This document shows, in pieces, positions 16,374-26,184 of a DNA stretch of 64,000 nt. The notes under the pieces are model-generated. The model worked only from the letters and a program-made list of their open reading frames with translations, was not told the DNA's origin and did not search any database. This stretch comes from Candidatus Latescibacterota bacterium (GTDB lineage: Bacteria; Krumholzibacteriota; Krumholzibacteriia; WVZY01; JAKEHA01). Numbering within the stretch: the stretch's first letter is position 1; every line of letters starts with the position of its first letter. The stretch lies in NCBI GenBank assembly GCA_963707635.1, contig OY970173.1, positions 1,387,663-1,451,662 of the forward strand. The letters are read 5' to 3'. The position numbers were made by a program, and so were the translations under genes.

Positions 16374-17813
16374 ATGGGAAAGACGGGACTCAAGGCGAGC
16401 GCCGCCGCGGCGGCCGTGGCTGGCATGCTGGGCGCTTTTGCCGTGCCGGGACTGGCCGCGGACGCGCGCAGCACCGCCGCCGACCGCAAGTCGGTGGGCA
16501 TCACCATCTACAACGACAACCTGGGCCTGGTGAAGGAAGTCCGGTCGGTGCAGCTGGCGACCGGAATACAAAATCTCTGGTTCGAGGGGGTGGCCGCACA
16601 GGTCGACCCCACCTCGGTTCACATCCGGTCCGTGGACGCCCCGAACGCGCTGCACGTGCTCGAACAGAACTTCGAGTACGACCTCATTTCGCCCGAGCGT
16701 CTCATGGAAAAGTACCTCGGGCAGCAGGTCGAGCTCGTCATGCGCAAGGGCGAGAACGAGGAAGAGACGATTCGCGCCCGTCTGATCGGCACGTCGGGGG
16801 GCAACGTCTACGAGCTGGAAAACGGCAAGATCGCGGTCAACCCGCCGGGGCGGGTCGTGCTGCCGGCGCTTCCCTCCGGGTTGATTTCGAAACCGTCGCT
16901 GGTGTGGATGCTCGAGAGCAACCGGACCAAGCACACGGTCGAGGCGAGCTATCTGACCGCGGGCATGGGGTGGAAAGCCGACTACGTCGCCGTGCTGGCG
17001 GCGGACGATTCGAAGCTCGACCTCTCGGGATGGGTCACGATCGACAACCGCAGCGGGGCGACCTATGACAACGCGTCGCTCAAGCTGGTGGCGGGCGACG
17101 TCAACCGGGTCCGGCCGGAACGGCAGCAAATGCTGGCGATGGATGACATGCAGGCCGGCATGGCGCGCACCAAGGAGCAGTTCCGGGAGGAAGCGTTCTT
17201 CGAGTATCACCTCTATACCCTCGAGCGCCCGGCCACGCTCAAGGACAACCAGACCAAGCAGATCTCCCTCCTGTCGGCCGAGGGCGCGAAGGCGAAGAAG
17301 TCGTTCGTCGTCTCGCCGCTGGCGAATTTCTGGTGGTTTTCCCGCATCGATGCCTCCGAGAAGCCCAAAGTGGGAGTGTACATCTCGCTGGAGAACTCGA
17401 AGTCGAACGGGATGGGAATGCCGCTGCCGAAGGGGACTGTTCGCGTCTACAAAAAAGACTCCAAGGGCGATCTCCAGTTCGTCGGCGAGGACAGCATCGA
17501 CCACACCCCCGAGGACGAGACCGTCCGCGTCAAGATGGGCGACGCCTTCGACATCGTGGCGGAACGGGTACAGACGAGTTTCGAAGTGCTCTCGAGCGGA
17601 CACCTCTACCGGTCGGCGTACAAGGTGACGATTCGCAACCACAAGGCGGAGGGCTTGACCGTGTCGGTGGTCGAGCTCCTGACCGGCGACTGGGCGATCA
17701 CCCAATCCTCGCACAAGTACGAAAAGGAGGCCTCGCACCGGGTGCGCTTCGACGTCCCGGTGGCGTCGAAGGGCGCGGCCGAGCTGACCTATACGGCGGA
17801 GATTCGCTACTAG
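16374..17813 (+). CDS. Secreted DUF4139 (DUF4140/DUF4139, MuiA-like) domain protein
   Basis: AGGAGG RBS, then signal peptide MGKTGLKASAAAAAVAGMLGAFAVPGLAA. The overall pattern (…ITIYNDNLGLVKEVR…, repeated beta-rich segments) resembles DUF4139 family proteins, recalled from memory and not searched. The ORF-track start at 16332 is an upstream extension. Confidence 0.6.
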   Translation: MGKTGLKASAAAAAVAGMLGAFAVPGLAADARSTAADRKSVGITIYNDNLGLVKEVRSVQLATGIQNLWFEGVAAQVDPTSVHIRSVDAPNALHVLEQNFEYDLISPERLMEKYLGQQVELVMRKGENEEETIRARLIGTSGGNVYELENGKIAVNPPGRVVLPALPSGLISKPSLVWMLESNRTKHTVEASYLTAGMGWKADYVAVLAADDSKLDLSGWVTIDNRSGATYDNASLKLVAGDVNRVRPERQQMLAMDDMQAGMARTKEQFREEAFFEYHLYTLERPATLKDNQTKQISLLSAEGAKAKKSFVVSPLANFWWFSRIDASEKPKVGVYISLENSKSNGMGMPLPKGTVRVYKKDSKGDLQFVGEDSIDHTPEDETVRVKMGDAFDIVAERVQTSFEVLSSGHLYRSAYKVTIRNHKAEGLTVSVVELLTGDWAITQSSHKYEKEASHRVRFDVPVASKGAAELTYTAEIRY

Positions 17814-17951
17814 CGACCGGCCGGGAGAGTGCCCGGCGGGCGGCCCCGATGTGCGCCACATAGGTGTTTACACCGTCCCGGCGTCGTATTAGGATTCGCC
17901 GCGATTCGAATCGAGGGGGACGCCGTGGGCACCACAGATCAGACCATCGCC

Positions 17952-18422
17952 ATGAATCCGGGCACGATCACGATCGTGCTGGCCGCAGTGGGTATCCTCG
18001 GAATTCTGATTGGCGTGTTCGCGCTCGTGCGCGTGCGATCGATCAGCCGGCGTTTTTCGTGGGTGACGGGGGGCGACGGGGCCGGGGTCGACACGCTGCC
18101 GGCGCTGTTGCGCGCGGTGCAGACCACCCAGAAAGACATCGCCGCGCTGGAGAGCGCGTTCGCGGCGGCCTCGATCGAAGCCCGCACGCATTTCAAGCGC
18201 ATGGGGATCGTGCGCTACAACGCCTTCGACGGCGTCGCCGGCCAGCAGAGCTACTCGCTGTGTCTCCTGGACGAGAATCGAAACGGCATTCTCATTTCGA
18301 ACATCGTCGGGACGAATTCCAGCCGCAGCTACGCGGTGGAGGTCAAGGCCGGCGAAGTCGCCCGCCCGCTGGGGGACGAAGAGTCGCAGGCGCTGGCCGC
18401 AGCGACGAAGAACGGGAACTAA
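17952..18422 (+). CDS. DUF4446-like small membrane-anchored protein (hypothetical)
   Basis: N-terminal TM (MNPGTITIVLAAVGILGILIGVFALV), then …IVRYNAFDGVAGQQSYSLCLLDENRNGILISNIVG…, which resembles the DUF4446 core (recalled from memory). The ORF-track start at 17829 is an upstream extension. Confidence 0.5.
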   Translation: MNPGTITIVLAAVGILGILIGVFALVRVRSISRRFSWVTGGDGAGVDTLPALLRAVQTTQKDIAALESAFAAASIEARTHFKRMGIVRYNAFDGVAGQQSYSLCLLDENRNGILISNIVGTNSSRSYAVEVKAGEVARPLGDEESQALAAATKNGN

Positions 18423-18426
18423 CCGG

Positions 18427-19248
18427 CTATTCGGATTGGTTCCGCTGCTGCTTGCTGTAGTTGTCGAGGATCCGTTTTTCGGTGGGTGTGAGCTTCTCGT
18501 ATCCCTTCGCCGAAATCTTGTCGAGGATGGAATCGATGTTGTCGGTGCGGCCGTCCTCATCCCTCCGCCGCCGGTCCGCCACGTAGGATTTCCACTGCCG
18601 CCGGGGGCCGGCGTTGAAACGCACCCGCCGGGCGATGTCGCGCCGGAAGAACCACAGCCCCGCCAGCATGCCGCCCATGTGCGCAAAGTATGCGACGCCG
18701 GCCGGCCCCGCGATGCCATTGGCGAGCTGCAGGACGGCGAGTCCGATCACGAAGTACTTCACCTTCACCGGCACGAGGAAGTACAGGTAGACGTAGCTGT
18801 CGGGGAAGAGCATGGCTGCCGCGAGGTACAGCCCGAAGATCGCTCCGCTCGCGCCGATCACGCTCGCGTTGTACTGCAGGAGCATGTGCAGGATGGCGCC
18901 GCCGACCCCGCAGGTGAGGTAGTACACGACGAAGCGGCGCGCCCCCCAGACGGACTCCACCATGTTGCCCATGAAGTAGAGGACGATCAGGTTGAAGAAC
19001 AGGTGCCAGAATCCGCCATGCAGGAACATGTACGTGACTACCTGCCACACGTACAGGTGCTCGACGGCCAGTCGCGGAGTGAGCGCCAGCCACGCGTTGA
19101 TCGCCGGTACCAGGTTTTGCAGGAAGAAGACGGCAACGGTTATGACGATGATGCGGCCCACGGCCGTCCCGAAAAACGGGTGGCCCGAGAAGCGCTGAGG
19201 CGGGCGGTGCGAAAAGGTGTTCATGATCCGGGCCGGGGTTGCCCGCAT
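18427..19248 (-). CDS. Rhomboid family intramembrane serine protease with basic C-terminal tail
   Basis: …[18 protein letters not shown]…, GASGAIFGL (GxSG) and …AHMGGMLAG… (catalytic His), with 6 TM segments. The C-terminal ~60 aa are highly charged. The alternative start MNTF… lies 24 nt downstream (19224). Confidence 0.75.
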   Translation of the reverse strand: MRATPARIMNTFSHRPPQRFSGHPFFGTAVGRIIVITVAVFFLQNLVPAINAWLALTPRLAVEHLYVWQVVTYMFLHGGFWHLFFNLIVLYFMGNMVESVWGARRFVVYYLTCGVGGAILHMLLQYNASVIGASGAIFGLYLAAAMLFPDSYVYLYFLVPVKVKYFVIGLAVLQLANGIAGPAGVAYFAHMGGMLAGLWFFRRDIARRVRFNAGPRRQWKSYVADRRRRDEDGRTDNIDSILDKISAKGYEKLTPTEKRILDNYSKQQRNQSE

Positions 19249-19471
19249 CCAACATACACACTCCGCGGCGCTTCCGGCAAGGGCGGCGCGCTGTAAGGCC
19301 GGCAGGCGCCGGCCCGTCCAACGGGCAGGCGGAACGAGGCTCTCGGACGGCGAATCGATGCTTTACAGGCCACGGGGCTGGTTGCATAATTCGGTGCCCG
19401 AACGGGTGCGCAGGGGGAGCGCTGCCCTCCTCTGTGCAGCCATCGAAAAAAAACATCATCAGGAGGAACGG

Positions 19472-19801
19472 ATGTCCAGGGAATTTGAGTTCACCGACGC
19501 CAACTTCGACCAGGAAGTCCTCAAGTCCGACACGCCGGTGCTTGTCGACTTCTGGGCCCCGTGGTGCGGACCGTGCCGAATGGTCGCGCCCATCGTGGCG
19601 GAGATCTCGAACGAATACGCCGGAAAACTCAAGGTGGGTAAGGTCAACACGGACGACAATCAAGAAGTGGCGGTGCGCTACGGCATCATGAGTATTCCGA
19701 CCCTCATGATCTTCAAGGGCGGTGAGGTTGCGGAGCGGGTCGTCGGTACACTGCCGAAGCAGGCCCTGACCGGGAAGATCGACGCGGTGCTGGCCGGCTG
19801 A
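19472..19801 (+). CDS. trxA: Thioredoxin
   Basis: AGGAGG RBS. …[19 protein letters not shown]… carries the WCGPC active site. Length 109 aa. The ORF-track start at 19217 is an upstream extension. Confidence 0.9.
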   Translation: MSREFEFTDANFDQEVLKSDTPVLVDFWAPWCGPCRMVAPIVAEISNEYAGKLKVGKVNTDDNQEVAVRYGIMSIPTLMIFKGGEVAERVVGTLPKQALTGKIDAVLAG

Positions 19802-19830
19802 ACGACGCGCAGCGTCGCGCGGCATGGGGA

Positions 19831-19860
19831 GGCCGGCCCGGCGGGCCGGCCTTCGTGTTT
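19831..19860 (+). terminator. Putative intrinsic terminator after trxA
   Basis: GC-rich hairpin ggccggcc-cggcg-ggccggcc followed by a T-rich stretch ttcgtgtttgtgg. The tail is imperfect. Confidence 0.4.
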
Positions 19861-19924
19861 GTGGGTGATAAGGCGGCGCCGGAGGTCGGATGGGCGGCTT
19901 GGATCTTGCATCCACGCTCGTTGT

Positions 19925-21610
19925 ATGGTCCGACCCATCCTTGCCGGGCTCTGCGCGGCCTGTCTTGCGTGCAGTTCCGCGGACGAGCCCGCGTCGCGCG
20001 TCAGTCGCGGTGCGCCCTCGGATAGCGCGAAGGGGCCGGTGACGGGTGGTCGCGTCATCATCGGGGTTCAGCAGGAACCCGAAATGCTCAGCGAGATCCT
20101 GAACTCGATGGCGACCAACAATCTGGTCTGCAATCTCATCTTCAGCAAGTTCGTCAAGTACGACGACCACTACCAGCTCATTCCGGATCTGATCACCGAG
20201 ATCCCGACCGTCGACAACGGCGGCATCTCGGCCGATTACCTGGTCTACACCTACCACTTGCGGCCCGACGCCCGCTGGCACGACGGCCAGCCCGTGACGA
20301 GCGCGGACGTGAAGTTCACGTTCGACGTCATCATGGATCCGCACGTGAGTGTCGAGTCGCGCGAAGGTTGGGATGTGGTCGAGCGCACGGAGACGCCCGA
20401 CGACCACACGGTGGTCTTTCACCTCAAGCGTCCGTACCCGGACTTCGTCAACGAGACCTTCTACGACGAGTCGGTCCTGCCCGCCCACGTGCTACGGGAC
20501 TTTCGCGGCGAGAAATTCCATTCGGCGCCGTTCCACCACGCTCCGATCGGGTCCGGCCCCTTCAAGTTCGAGAGCTGGACGTCGGGCTCGCACCTGGTGC
20601 TGGTGGCCAACCCGGACTACTACGGCGAGGGCCCGTACCTGGACAGCATCATCCTCAAGTTCGTGCCGACGGAAAACGCGCTGCTGGTGCAGCTCAAGAC
20701 GGGCGAGATCGACATGTTCGACAACGCGAACATCAACTTCATCGGCCAGCTCGAGCAGATTTCAGGCGTCCACGTGTATCGCACCCCGATGCTCATGTAC
20801 GAACACCTCGACCTCAATACCGAGAACGAGGCGCTCAACGACCGGCGGGTCCGGCGCGCGTTGAGCCTCGCCACCAACAAGCGCGAGATCGCGGAGCGGG
20901 TCTACAACGGCCTGGTGCGCGAGGCGGCGCTCGACGAGTTCGAGGAATCGCGGTATTTCTCCGCCGCCGCGGCCGCGCGGGCGACCTACGACCCGGCAGC
21001 TGCGCGGCGCCTCCTGCTCGAGGCGGGGTGGCGCGATTCCGACGGCGACGGGATTCTGGATCGAGGCGGAAAGCCGCTGAAGCTGTCGATCAGCGCGAGC
21101 GCCGGCCAGCCCAACCGCGAGCGCACGGAATTGGTGCTGCGCGAGCAATGGCGGCAAGTCGGGGTCGATCTCGAGCTGCGCAACTACGGCCCGACGGTGC
21201 TCTACGGGACCTACGAGGACGGTGGGGTCCTCAAGCGCGGCACCTTCGACGTGGCGATGTACGCCTGGCTGTCCGCTCCGGCCCCGTCGCGCCGCGACGC
21301 GCTGTACGCGGCCAGCAGCATTCCGCCGCACGGGCAGAACCACCCGCGCTTCGCGAACGAGGAAATCACGCGGCTGCTCGAGCAGGGAAGCACCGAGCCC
21401 GACTCGACGGTGCGTGACTCCATCTACCGCCGGGTTCAGGAGATCCTGGTGGAGGAATCGCCCGTCATTCCTCTCTTCTGGTACACGGCCATCGACCCGG
21501 TGAGCGAACGGCTCCACAACTTCCGGCCCAACGCCACCCAGTCCGCGGACACCTGGAACGCGGCGCAGTGGTACCTCGCCGATCCCGGGTCCGAAGTCTC
21601 GCGCCGCTAG
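19925..21610 (+). CDS. ABC transporter substrate-binding lipoprotein, family 5 (peptide/nickel, OppA/DppA-like)
   Basis: Lipoprotein signal MVRPILAGLCAACLAC-SS, then an SBP_bac_5-like sequence (…GVQQEPEMLSEILNSMATNNLVCNLIFSKFVKYDD…). Permease genes follow downstream. The ORF-track start at 19859 is an upstream extension. Confidence 0.85.
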   Translation: MVRPILAGLCAACLACSSADEPASRVSRGAPSDSAKGPVTGGRVIIGVQQEPEMLSEILNSMATNNLVCNLIFSKFVKYDDHYQLIPDLITEIPTVDNGGISADYLVYTYHLRPDARWHDGQPVTSADVKFTFDVIMDPHVSVESREGWDVVERTETPDDHTVVFHLKRPYPDFVNETFYDESVLPAHVLRDFRGEKFHSAPFHHAPIGSGPFKFESWTSGSHLVLVANPDYYGEGPYLDSIILKFVPTENALLVQLKTGEIDMFDNANINFIGQLEQISGVHVYRTPMLMYEHLDLNTENEALNDRRVRRALSLATNKREIAERVYNGLVREAALDEFEESRYFSAAAAARATYDPAAARRLLLEAGWRDSDGDGILDRGGKPLKLSISASAGQPNRERTELVLREQWRQVGVDLELRNYGPTVLYGTYEDGGVLKRGTFDVAMYAWLSAPAPSRRDALYAASSIPPHGQNHPRFANEEITRLLEQGSTEPDSTVRDSIYRRVQEILVEESPVIPLFWYTAIDPVSERLHNFRPNATQSADTWNAAQWYLADPGSEVSRR

Positions 21611-21762
21611 GGCCTCAACTCACGCTTCCCCATCGTTCCCCACCGGGCGCACCGCTTTATCCACGCAGCGGGTTGGTACAGAACTCGCACCTATCGTGCC
21701 CGACTGGGCTGTCCGGCGCCAATCGTGGAACTTAACATATTGTGAAATAACAGGTTAATTGC

Positions 21763-22722
21763 GTGTTGCGGTATTTCCTGAAACGACTGATCGCGGTGAT
21801 TCCGCTCGTAGTCCTGGTGTCGCTGATTTGTTTTGCACTCATGCAGGCGAGTCCGGGCGGCCCGACGGCCATGCTCTCCGACAACCCCATGGTGGGACCG
21901 GACGACGTCGCGCGCATCCGATCCGATTTCGGAGTGGACCGGCCCGTGATCGTCCAGTACGCGTTCTGGCTCAAGCGCGTGGTATTCCACGGCGATTTCG
22001 GCCGTTCGCACGTCACCGGCGAGCCGGTGCTGGCGATGATCTGCCAGCGCCTGCCCGCCACGCTCGAGCTCATGGGAGCGGCGTTCCTGCTGGCGTTCCT
22101 GTTCGGATTGTCGGGCGGGATTCTCGCCGCGCTCAAGCGCTACACGAAATTCGACTCCGCGATCATGCTGGTCACGGTATTCGGCATTTCCATCCCGGTG
22201 TTCTGGCTGGGGCTGATGTCGATGATGCTCTTCACGGTGAAATGGCGGCTGTTGCCATCGGCCGGAATGTTTTCGCTCGGAATACCGTTCTCGATTCTGG
22301 ACCACCTCCGGCATCTGCTGATGCCTTCGCTCGTGCTCTCGCTGCTGTTCATCGCGAGCTGGAGCCGATACATGCGCGCGAGTCTCTCCGACGTGCTCGC
22401 CCTGAACTATATCAACGTGGCCCGCGCCAAGGGCGCGTCCGGGACCGACGTCGTGTTCCGACACGCGGTACGGAACGCCGCGATTCCCGTGCTGACCGTC
22501 ATCGCGTTGAACCTGCCGGCGCTCTTCACCGGCTCCATCATCACCGAGTCGATTTTCGCGTGGCCGGGGATGGGGCGACTCTTTTTCGACGGACTCTTGC
22601 GGCAGGATTACACCCGGCTGATGGGGATCATCTTCATCGCGTCGGCGCTGATTGCGTTGCTCAATCTGATCGCGGATACAATCTATGGGATTCTCGACCC
22701 CCGTATTAGATTCGCCCGCTAA
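21763..22722 (+). CDS. ABC transporter permease (OppB/DppB-like)
   Basis: MLRYFLKRLIAVIPLVVLVSLICFALMQASPGGP… and the EAA-loop region …YINVARAKGAS… are present. Six TM segments. Confidence 0.85.
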   Translation: MLRYFLKRLIAVIPLVVLVSLICFALMQASPGGPTAMLSDNPMVGPDDVARIRSDFGVDRPVIVQYAFWLKRVVFHGDFGRSHVTGEPVLAMICQRLPATLELMGAAFLLAFLFGLSGGILAALKRYTKFDSAIMLVTVFGISIPVFWLGLMSMMLFTVKWRLLPSAGMFSLGIPFSILDHLRHLLMPSLVLSLLFIASWSRYMRASLSDVLALNYINVARAKGASGTDVVFRHAVRNAAIPVLTVIALNLPALFTGSIITESIFAWPGMGRLFFDGLLRQDYTRLMGIIFIASALIALLNLIADTIYGILDPRIRFAR

Positions 22723-23656
22723 CGGCACGGCGAAACGGGCCCGGGCGGTCCGGACCTCGCACCCGCTGCGCGACACGTTCCGTCCGAGCCCGGCCGGAGA
22801 CCGACGCGGGCTGCGTCCGGGCGTGGCCGGCGTGCTCAGGCGGAGCCCGCTCGCGTACGCCGCGTTCATCCTGATGGGCCTGATCCTGCTCGGCGCGGTC
22901 TTCGCGCCGCTCATGAGCCCCTATCAGAAGGACAAGATCGACCTCACCCGCCAGTACCTGCCCCCGTCGCTCGATCATCCGTTCGGGACCGACGACCTGG
23001 GGCGCGACATCTTCGTACGGGTGATGCACGGGGGTCGCATCTCGCTCGCCGTCGGGTTCCTGGCCATGTTCGTCGCGCTCTTGATCGGGGTGACGGCCGG
23101 GGGCGTGGCCGGGTACTACGGAGGATGGATCGACTCCGTGATCATGCGTTCGGTCGATCTGATGCTGGCGGTGCCGTCGTTCTTCGTCATCCTGTTCATC
23201 TCGAGCGCGATTACGCCCAAAGTCTCCATCGTCGGCGTGTGCCTGATGATCGGATGCACGCAATGGATGGAAGTCACGCGCCTGGTGCGCGCCGTGGTGA
23301 TGACCACCAAGGAGCACGAGTTCGTCGATGCCGCCCGAACCATCGGGCTCGCGGATTCCCGGATCATCGTCCGGCACCTGCTTCCCCACACCACCGCGCC
23401 GGTCCTGGTCGCGGTAACACTCGGACTCGCGCAGGCGATCATCATCGAAAGCGGAATCTCCTTCCTCGGATTCGGGGTGCAGCCCCCGACCCCCAGCTGG
23501 GGCGCCATGCTGCAGGATGCGCAGAGTTACCTCGGGGACTGCCCGTGGATCGCCGTGTTCCCGGGGCTGATGATTTGCCTGACGGTAGTTTGCTGCAACG
23601 TGCTGGCCGACTTCCTAGGCGAAGCGACCGGACCCGGCCGCTCGTCGCTCTCCTGA
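22685..23656 (+). CDS. ABC transporter permease (OppC/DppC-like)
   Basis: …DDLGRDIFVRVMHGGRISLAVGF… and …SFLGFGVQPPTPSWGAMLQDAQ… are present. Start uncertain: the ATG at 22685 overlaps the upstream permease by 38 nt. An in-frame GTG at 22823 is the alternative. Confidence 0.8.
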   Translation: MGFSTPVLDSPANGTAKRARAVRTSHPLRDTFRPSPAGDRRGLRPGVAGVLRRSPLAYAAFILMGLILLGAVFAPLMSPYQKDKIDLTRQYLPPSLDHPFGTDDLGRDIFVRVMHGGRISLAVGFLAMFVALLIGVTAGGVAGYYGGWIDSVIMRSVDLMLAVPSFFVILFISSAITPKVSIVGVCLMIGCTQWMEVTRLVRAVVMTTKEHEFVDAARTIGLADSRIIVRHLLPHTTAPVLVAVTLGLAQAIIIESGISFLGFGVQPPTPSWGAMLQDAQSYLGDCPWIAVFPGLMICLTVVCCNVLADFLGEATGPGRSSLS

Positions 23657-23781
23657 GCCGACCGATTCCCGTTCTTCCCGCCTCGGATCGGCCTTGATGC
23701 CGCCGCGGTTCGTGCGGTATTCTGACCGCCCTGGCTTTTCGGTATCCCGTTTGGAGAAAACGGATTACGCGGAGGGCGCGG

Positions 23782-24540
23782 GTGAACTACGAGGCGGAAC
23801 TTCGCGTGATGTGGACGGCGGTATTTGCGGTGGTGGCGGCCCTGGCGACCTTCGGGGGTGGGGTTCTGGCGACGTTGCCGGGGCGACTGGCGCACAGCCG
23901 CCTGAATCACCTGATCGCGTTCGGCGCGGGGTACATGCTGGCGGCGGCGCTGGTCAGCCTCCTGCCCGAGAGCCTCGCGCTACTGGACCAGGCCCCGCTG
24001 TGCGTGCTGGCCGGCTACGTGATGGCCCACATGTTCGAGCACACCTTCACAAGCCACTTCCACTTCGGCGAAGAGACCCACGCCGAGCACGTCCTGGACC
24101 CGCGGGTGGGGATCGGCGCCCTGGTCGGGCTGGCGTTGCACGCCTTCTTCGACGGGGTCGCGATTTCGTCCGGATTCCTGGTGACTCCGTCGCTCGGGGT
24201 CCTCGTCGCGCTGGCGGTGATTCTCCACAAGGTGCCCGAAGGCGTCACCATCTCGTCGGTCATGCTGGCGTCGGGCCGCTCGCGCGCAAACGCCCGCAAG
24301 GCGGCCGGGCTGCTGGCAGTCTCGACCCTGGTGGGAGCGGCGGGGATGGCGTGGTTGGGCGAAGGCGTCAAGGGAATCGGCCTCGCGCTCTCCTGTGGCG
24401 TGGCGCTCTACGTCGCCGCGACCGACCTCATTCCGGAGATCAACCAGCTGGAGAAGCGCGTTTACTCGTTCAGCGCGCTGTTCGGGGTAGTGCTATACTT
24501 CGCCGTGCACGCACTCATGGCGACCATCGGGATTCACTGA
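23782..24540 (+). CDS. ZIP family metal (zinc) transporter
   Basis: …HKVPEGVTISSVMLASG… and …LSCGVALYVAATDLIPE… with His-rich TM cores are typical of ZupT/ZIP. Confidence 0.8.
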   Translation: MNYEAELRVMWTAVFAVVAALATFGGGVLATLPGRLAHSRLNHLIAFGAGYMLAAALVSLLPESLALLDQAPLCVLAGYVMAHMFEHTFTSHFHFGEETHAEHVLDPRVGIGALVGLALHAFFDGVAISSGFLVTPSLGVLVALAVILHKVPEGVTISSVMLASGRSRANARKAAGLLAVSTLVGAAGMAWLGEGVKGIGLALSCGVALYVAATDLIPEINQLEKRVYSFSALFGVVLYFAVHALMATIGIH

Positions 24541-24553
24541 CGGGTGGAATGAC

Positions 24554-24886
24554 GTGGATTTCATCGTCGTTTTGATCACGGCGCCGACCGCCGCGGATGC
24601 CCGCCGCATCGCGCGCGTGCTCGTCGAAGAGCGCTATGCCGCCTGCGTCAATGTGCTGCCGGGGTGCGAGAGTGTCTATCGCTGGGAGGGGAAGGTGGTC
24701 GAGGAGTCGGAGACGATGATGGTGGCCAAGACGGCTCGAGAACAATTTCCCGATCTGGCCCGACGTGTGGCCGAGATTCATCCCCACGCCGTACCCGAGG
24801 TCATCGGGCTTCCCCTGGTCGAAGTCGCGGAGCGCTACCGGTTGTTCCTCTCCGACAGCGTCCCGCGCCGGGCACGGAAGGATTGA
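24554..24886 (+). CDS. cutA: Divalent-cation tolerance protein CutA
   Basis: MDFIVVLITAPTAADARRIARVLVEERYAACVNVLPGCESVYRWEGKVVEESE…; ~110 aa; conserved CutA1 pattern. Confidence 0.85.
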   Translation: MDFIVVLITAPTAADARRIARVLVEERYAACVNVLPGCESVYRWEGKVVEESETMMVAKTAREQFPDLARRVAEIHPHAVPEVIGLPLVEVAERYRLFLSDSVPRRARKD

Positions 24887-24894
24887 TGCCCGTG

Positions 24895-25248
24895 CTAGAC
24901 GACGGCTGCCGTCTTCTCGACGGCCACCTGCACCAGCGTGCCCACCACGGCCCCGACGGTGGTCACGAAGGCGCGCCCGAGCGTCCTTGCTGCCTTGGCC
25001 GTGCGGATCACCGCGTGCGTCCGGCCCGTACTCTCATAGCGCGAGACGCAGACGACTCGCCGGGTGGTTTCTCCCGGGACCTGGACCTTCACCAGGACCG
25101 GAGGCGGGGTGTCCAGCGCGTGGCGGACGACTTCCGCCTTCTTCGCGTGGTCGCAAGCATATACAGATGAATAGACTCCGAACAGGAACAGCCCTGTCAC
25201 TATTACTGTCGCCCACCGTGCCATGTCGCACCTCCTTGTCGTGTTCAT
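24895..25248 (-). CDS. Hypothetical small secreted/membrane protein
   Basis: ORF convergent with cutA. A likely signal/TM segment (MARWATVIVTGLFLFGVYSSVYA) follows the internal Met at 25224. No recognisable family. Partly Arg/Thr/Val-rich, so it could be spurious. Confidence 0.3.
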   Translation of the reverse strand: MNTTRRCDMARWATVIVTGLFLFGVYSSVYACDHAKKAEVVRHALDTPPPVLVKVQVPGETTRRVVCVSRYESTGRTHAVIRTAKAARTLGRAFVTTVGAVVGTLVQVAVEKTAAVV

Positions 25249-25354
25249 ACGTCGGCGCGGCCCATCGGGTTCCCGCCGTTTGTGGGGTTCACCGGTTTAG
25301 ACGCCCCGCGGGCGCCGGGGGTTGCAGAATAATTTTCCTTCCGGAGAGCCGCCA

Positions 25355-26176
25355 GTGACCAAGGCTCCGGCCATCGGGCTCGCGTTAAGCGGGGGAACCG
25401 CCAAATCGGTCACGCACGTCGGGATCATCAAGGCCCTGGTGGAGGCCGGGATACCGATATCCTGCGTCTCGGGCACCAGCGGCGGGAGTATCGTCGGATC
25501 GATGTTCGCCTCGGGCATGCCGATCTCGACCATGGAAGCAGTCGCGGCCGCGATGAGCTGGCGCAAGCTCGTCAGCATCCGGCTCACCCGCCTCGGATTC
25601 ATCTCCAGCCAGCGCATCGAGGAATTCGTCACCGAAACCATCGGCGACCTGCACTTCGAGGACCTCAATCTGCCGACCGGGGTCGTCGCCACCAACCTGG
25701 TGTCCGGCGAGAAGACCGTGTTTCGATCCGGCCCGCTCGCCCGCGCCGTGCGCGCCAGCTGCTCGATCCCGCAGATCTACCTGCCGGTCGAAATCGACGG
25801 CGAGTACTACGTCGACGGGGGCCTCTCCGAGTATCTGCCGGTGGAGACCGCGCAGGCGATGGGCGCCGAGTTCACGATCGCATCGCACCTGGCGCCGATC
25901 GACCCCTCCTACCGCAGACCCCAGAACATTCTGCAGCTCGTCGTGCAGGTGACCGGCTTGATGGCGAGGAAGAACTTCCCGATCTCCGAGGCGAAGGCGA
26001 ACTTCGTGATCCACCCCAACGTCGATGCGTACAGCTCGTTCGACTTCGAGCACTCGCAGGAGATGATCGAGATCGGGTACGACACGACGCGCCGGCTGCT
26101 CCCCGACCTTACCGCGAGCATCGAGCGCGCCGGCGGCTTCGTCCCGCGCATCGCCCGCAAGCTCTTCGGGGACTAG
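25355..26176 (+). CDS. Patatin-like phospholipase
   Basis: Oxyanion Gly-rich loop GLALSGGTAKS, nucleophile elbow GTSGG (GxSxG) and catalytic DGG (YVDGGLSEY). The start was set to the in-frame GTG (VTKAPAIGLALSGG…). The ORF-track TTG at 25322 is possible. Confidence 0.8.
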   Translation: MTKAPAIGLALSGGTAKSVTHVGIIKALVEAGIPISCVSGTSGGSIVGSMFASGMPISTMEAVAAAMSWRKLVSIRLTRLGFISSQRIEEFVTETIGDLHFEDLNLPTGVVATNLVSGEKTVFRSGPLARAVRASCSIPQIYLPVEIDGEYYVDGGLSEYLPVETAQAMGAEFTIASHLAPIDPSYRRPQNILQLVVQVTGLMARKNFPISEAKANFVIHPNVDAYSSFDFEHSQEMIEIGYDTTRRLLPDLTASIERAGGFVPRIARKLFGD

Positions 26177-26184
26177 GGAGCGCC

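Noticed and set aside
16188-17861. 557-aa minus-strand ORF covering the tRNA-Leu region and the DUF4139 gene
   Set aside because: Antisense to a tRNA and to a gene with RBS + signal peptide. Translation is low complexity.
18557-20488. 643-aa minus-strand ORF antisense to the rhomboid/trxA/SBP region
   Set aside because: Spans a divergent promoter region and two strands' worth of well-supported genes. Arg/Pro-rich.
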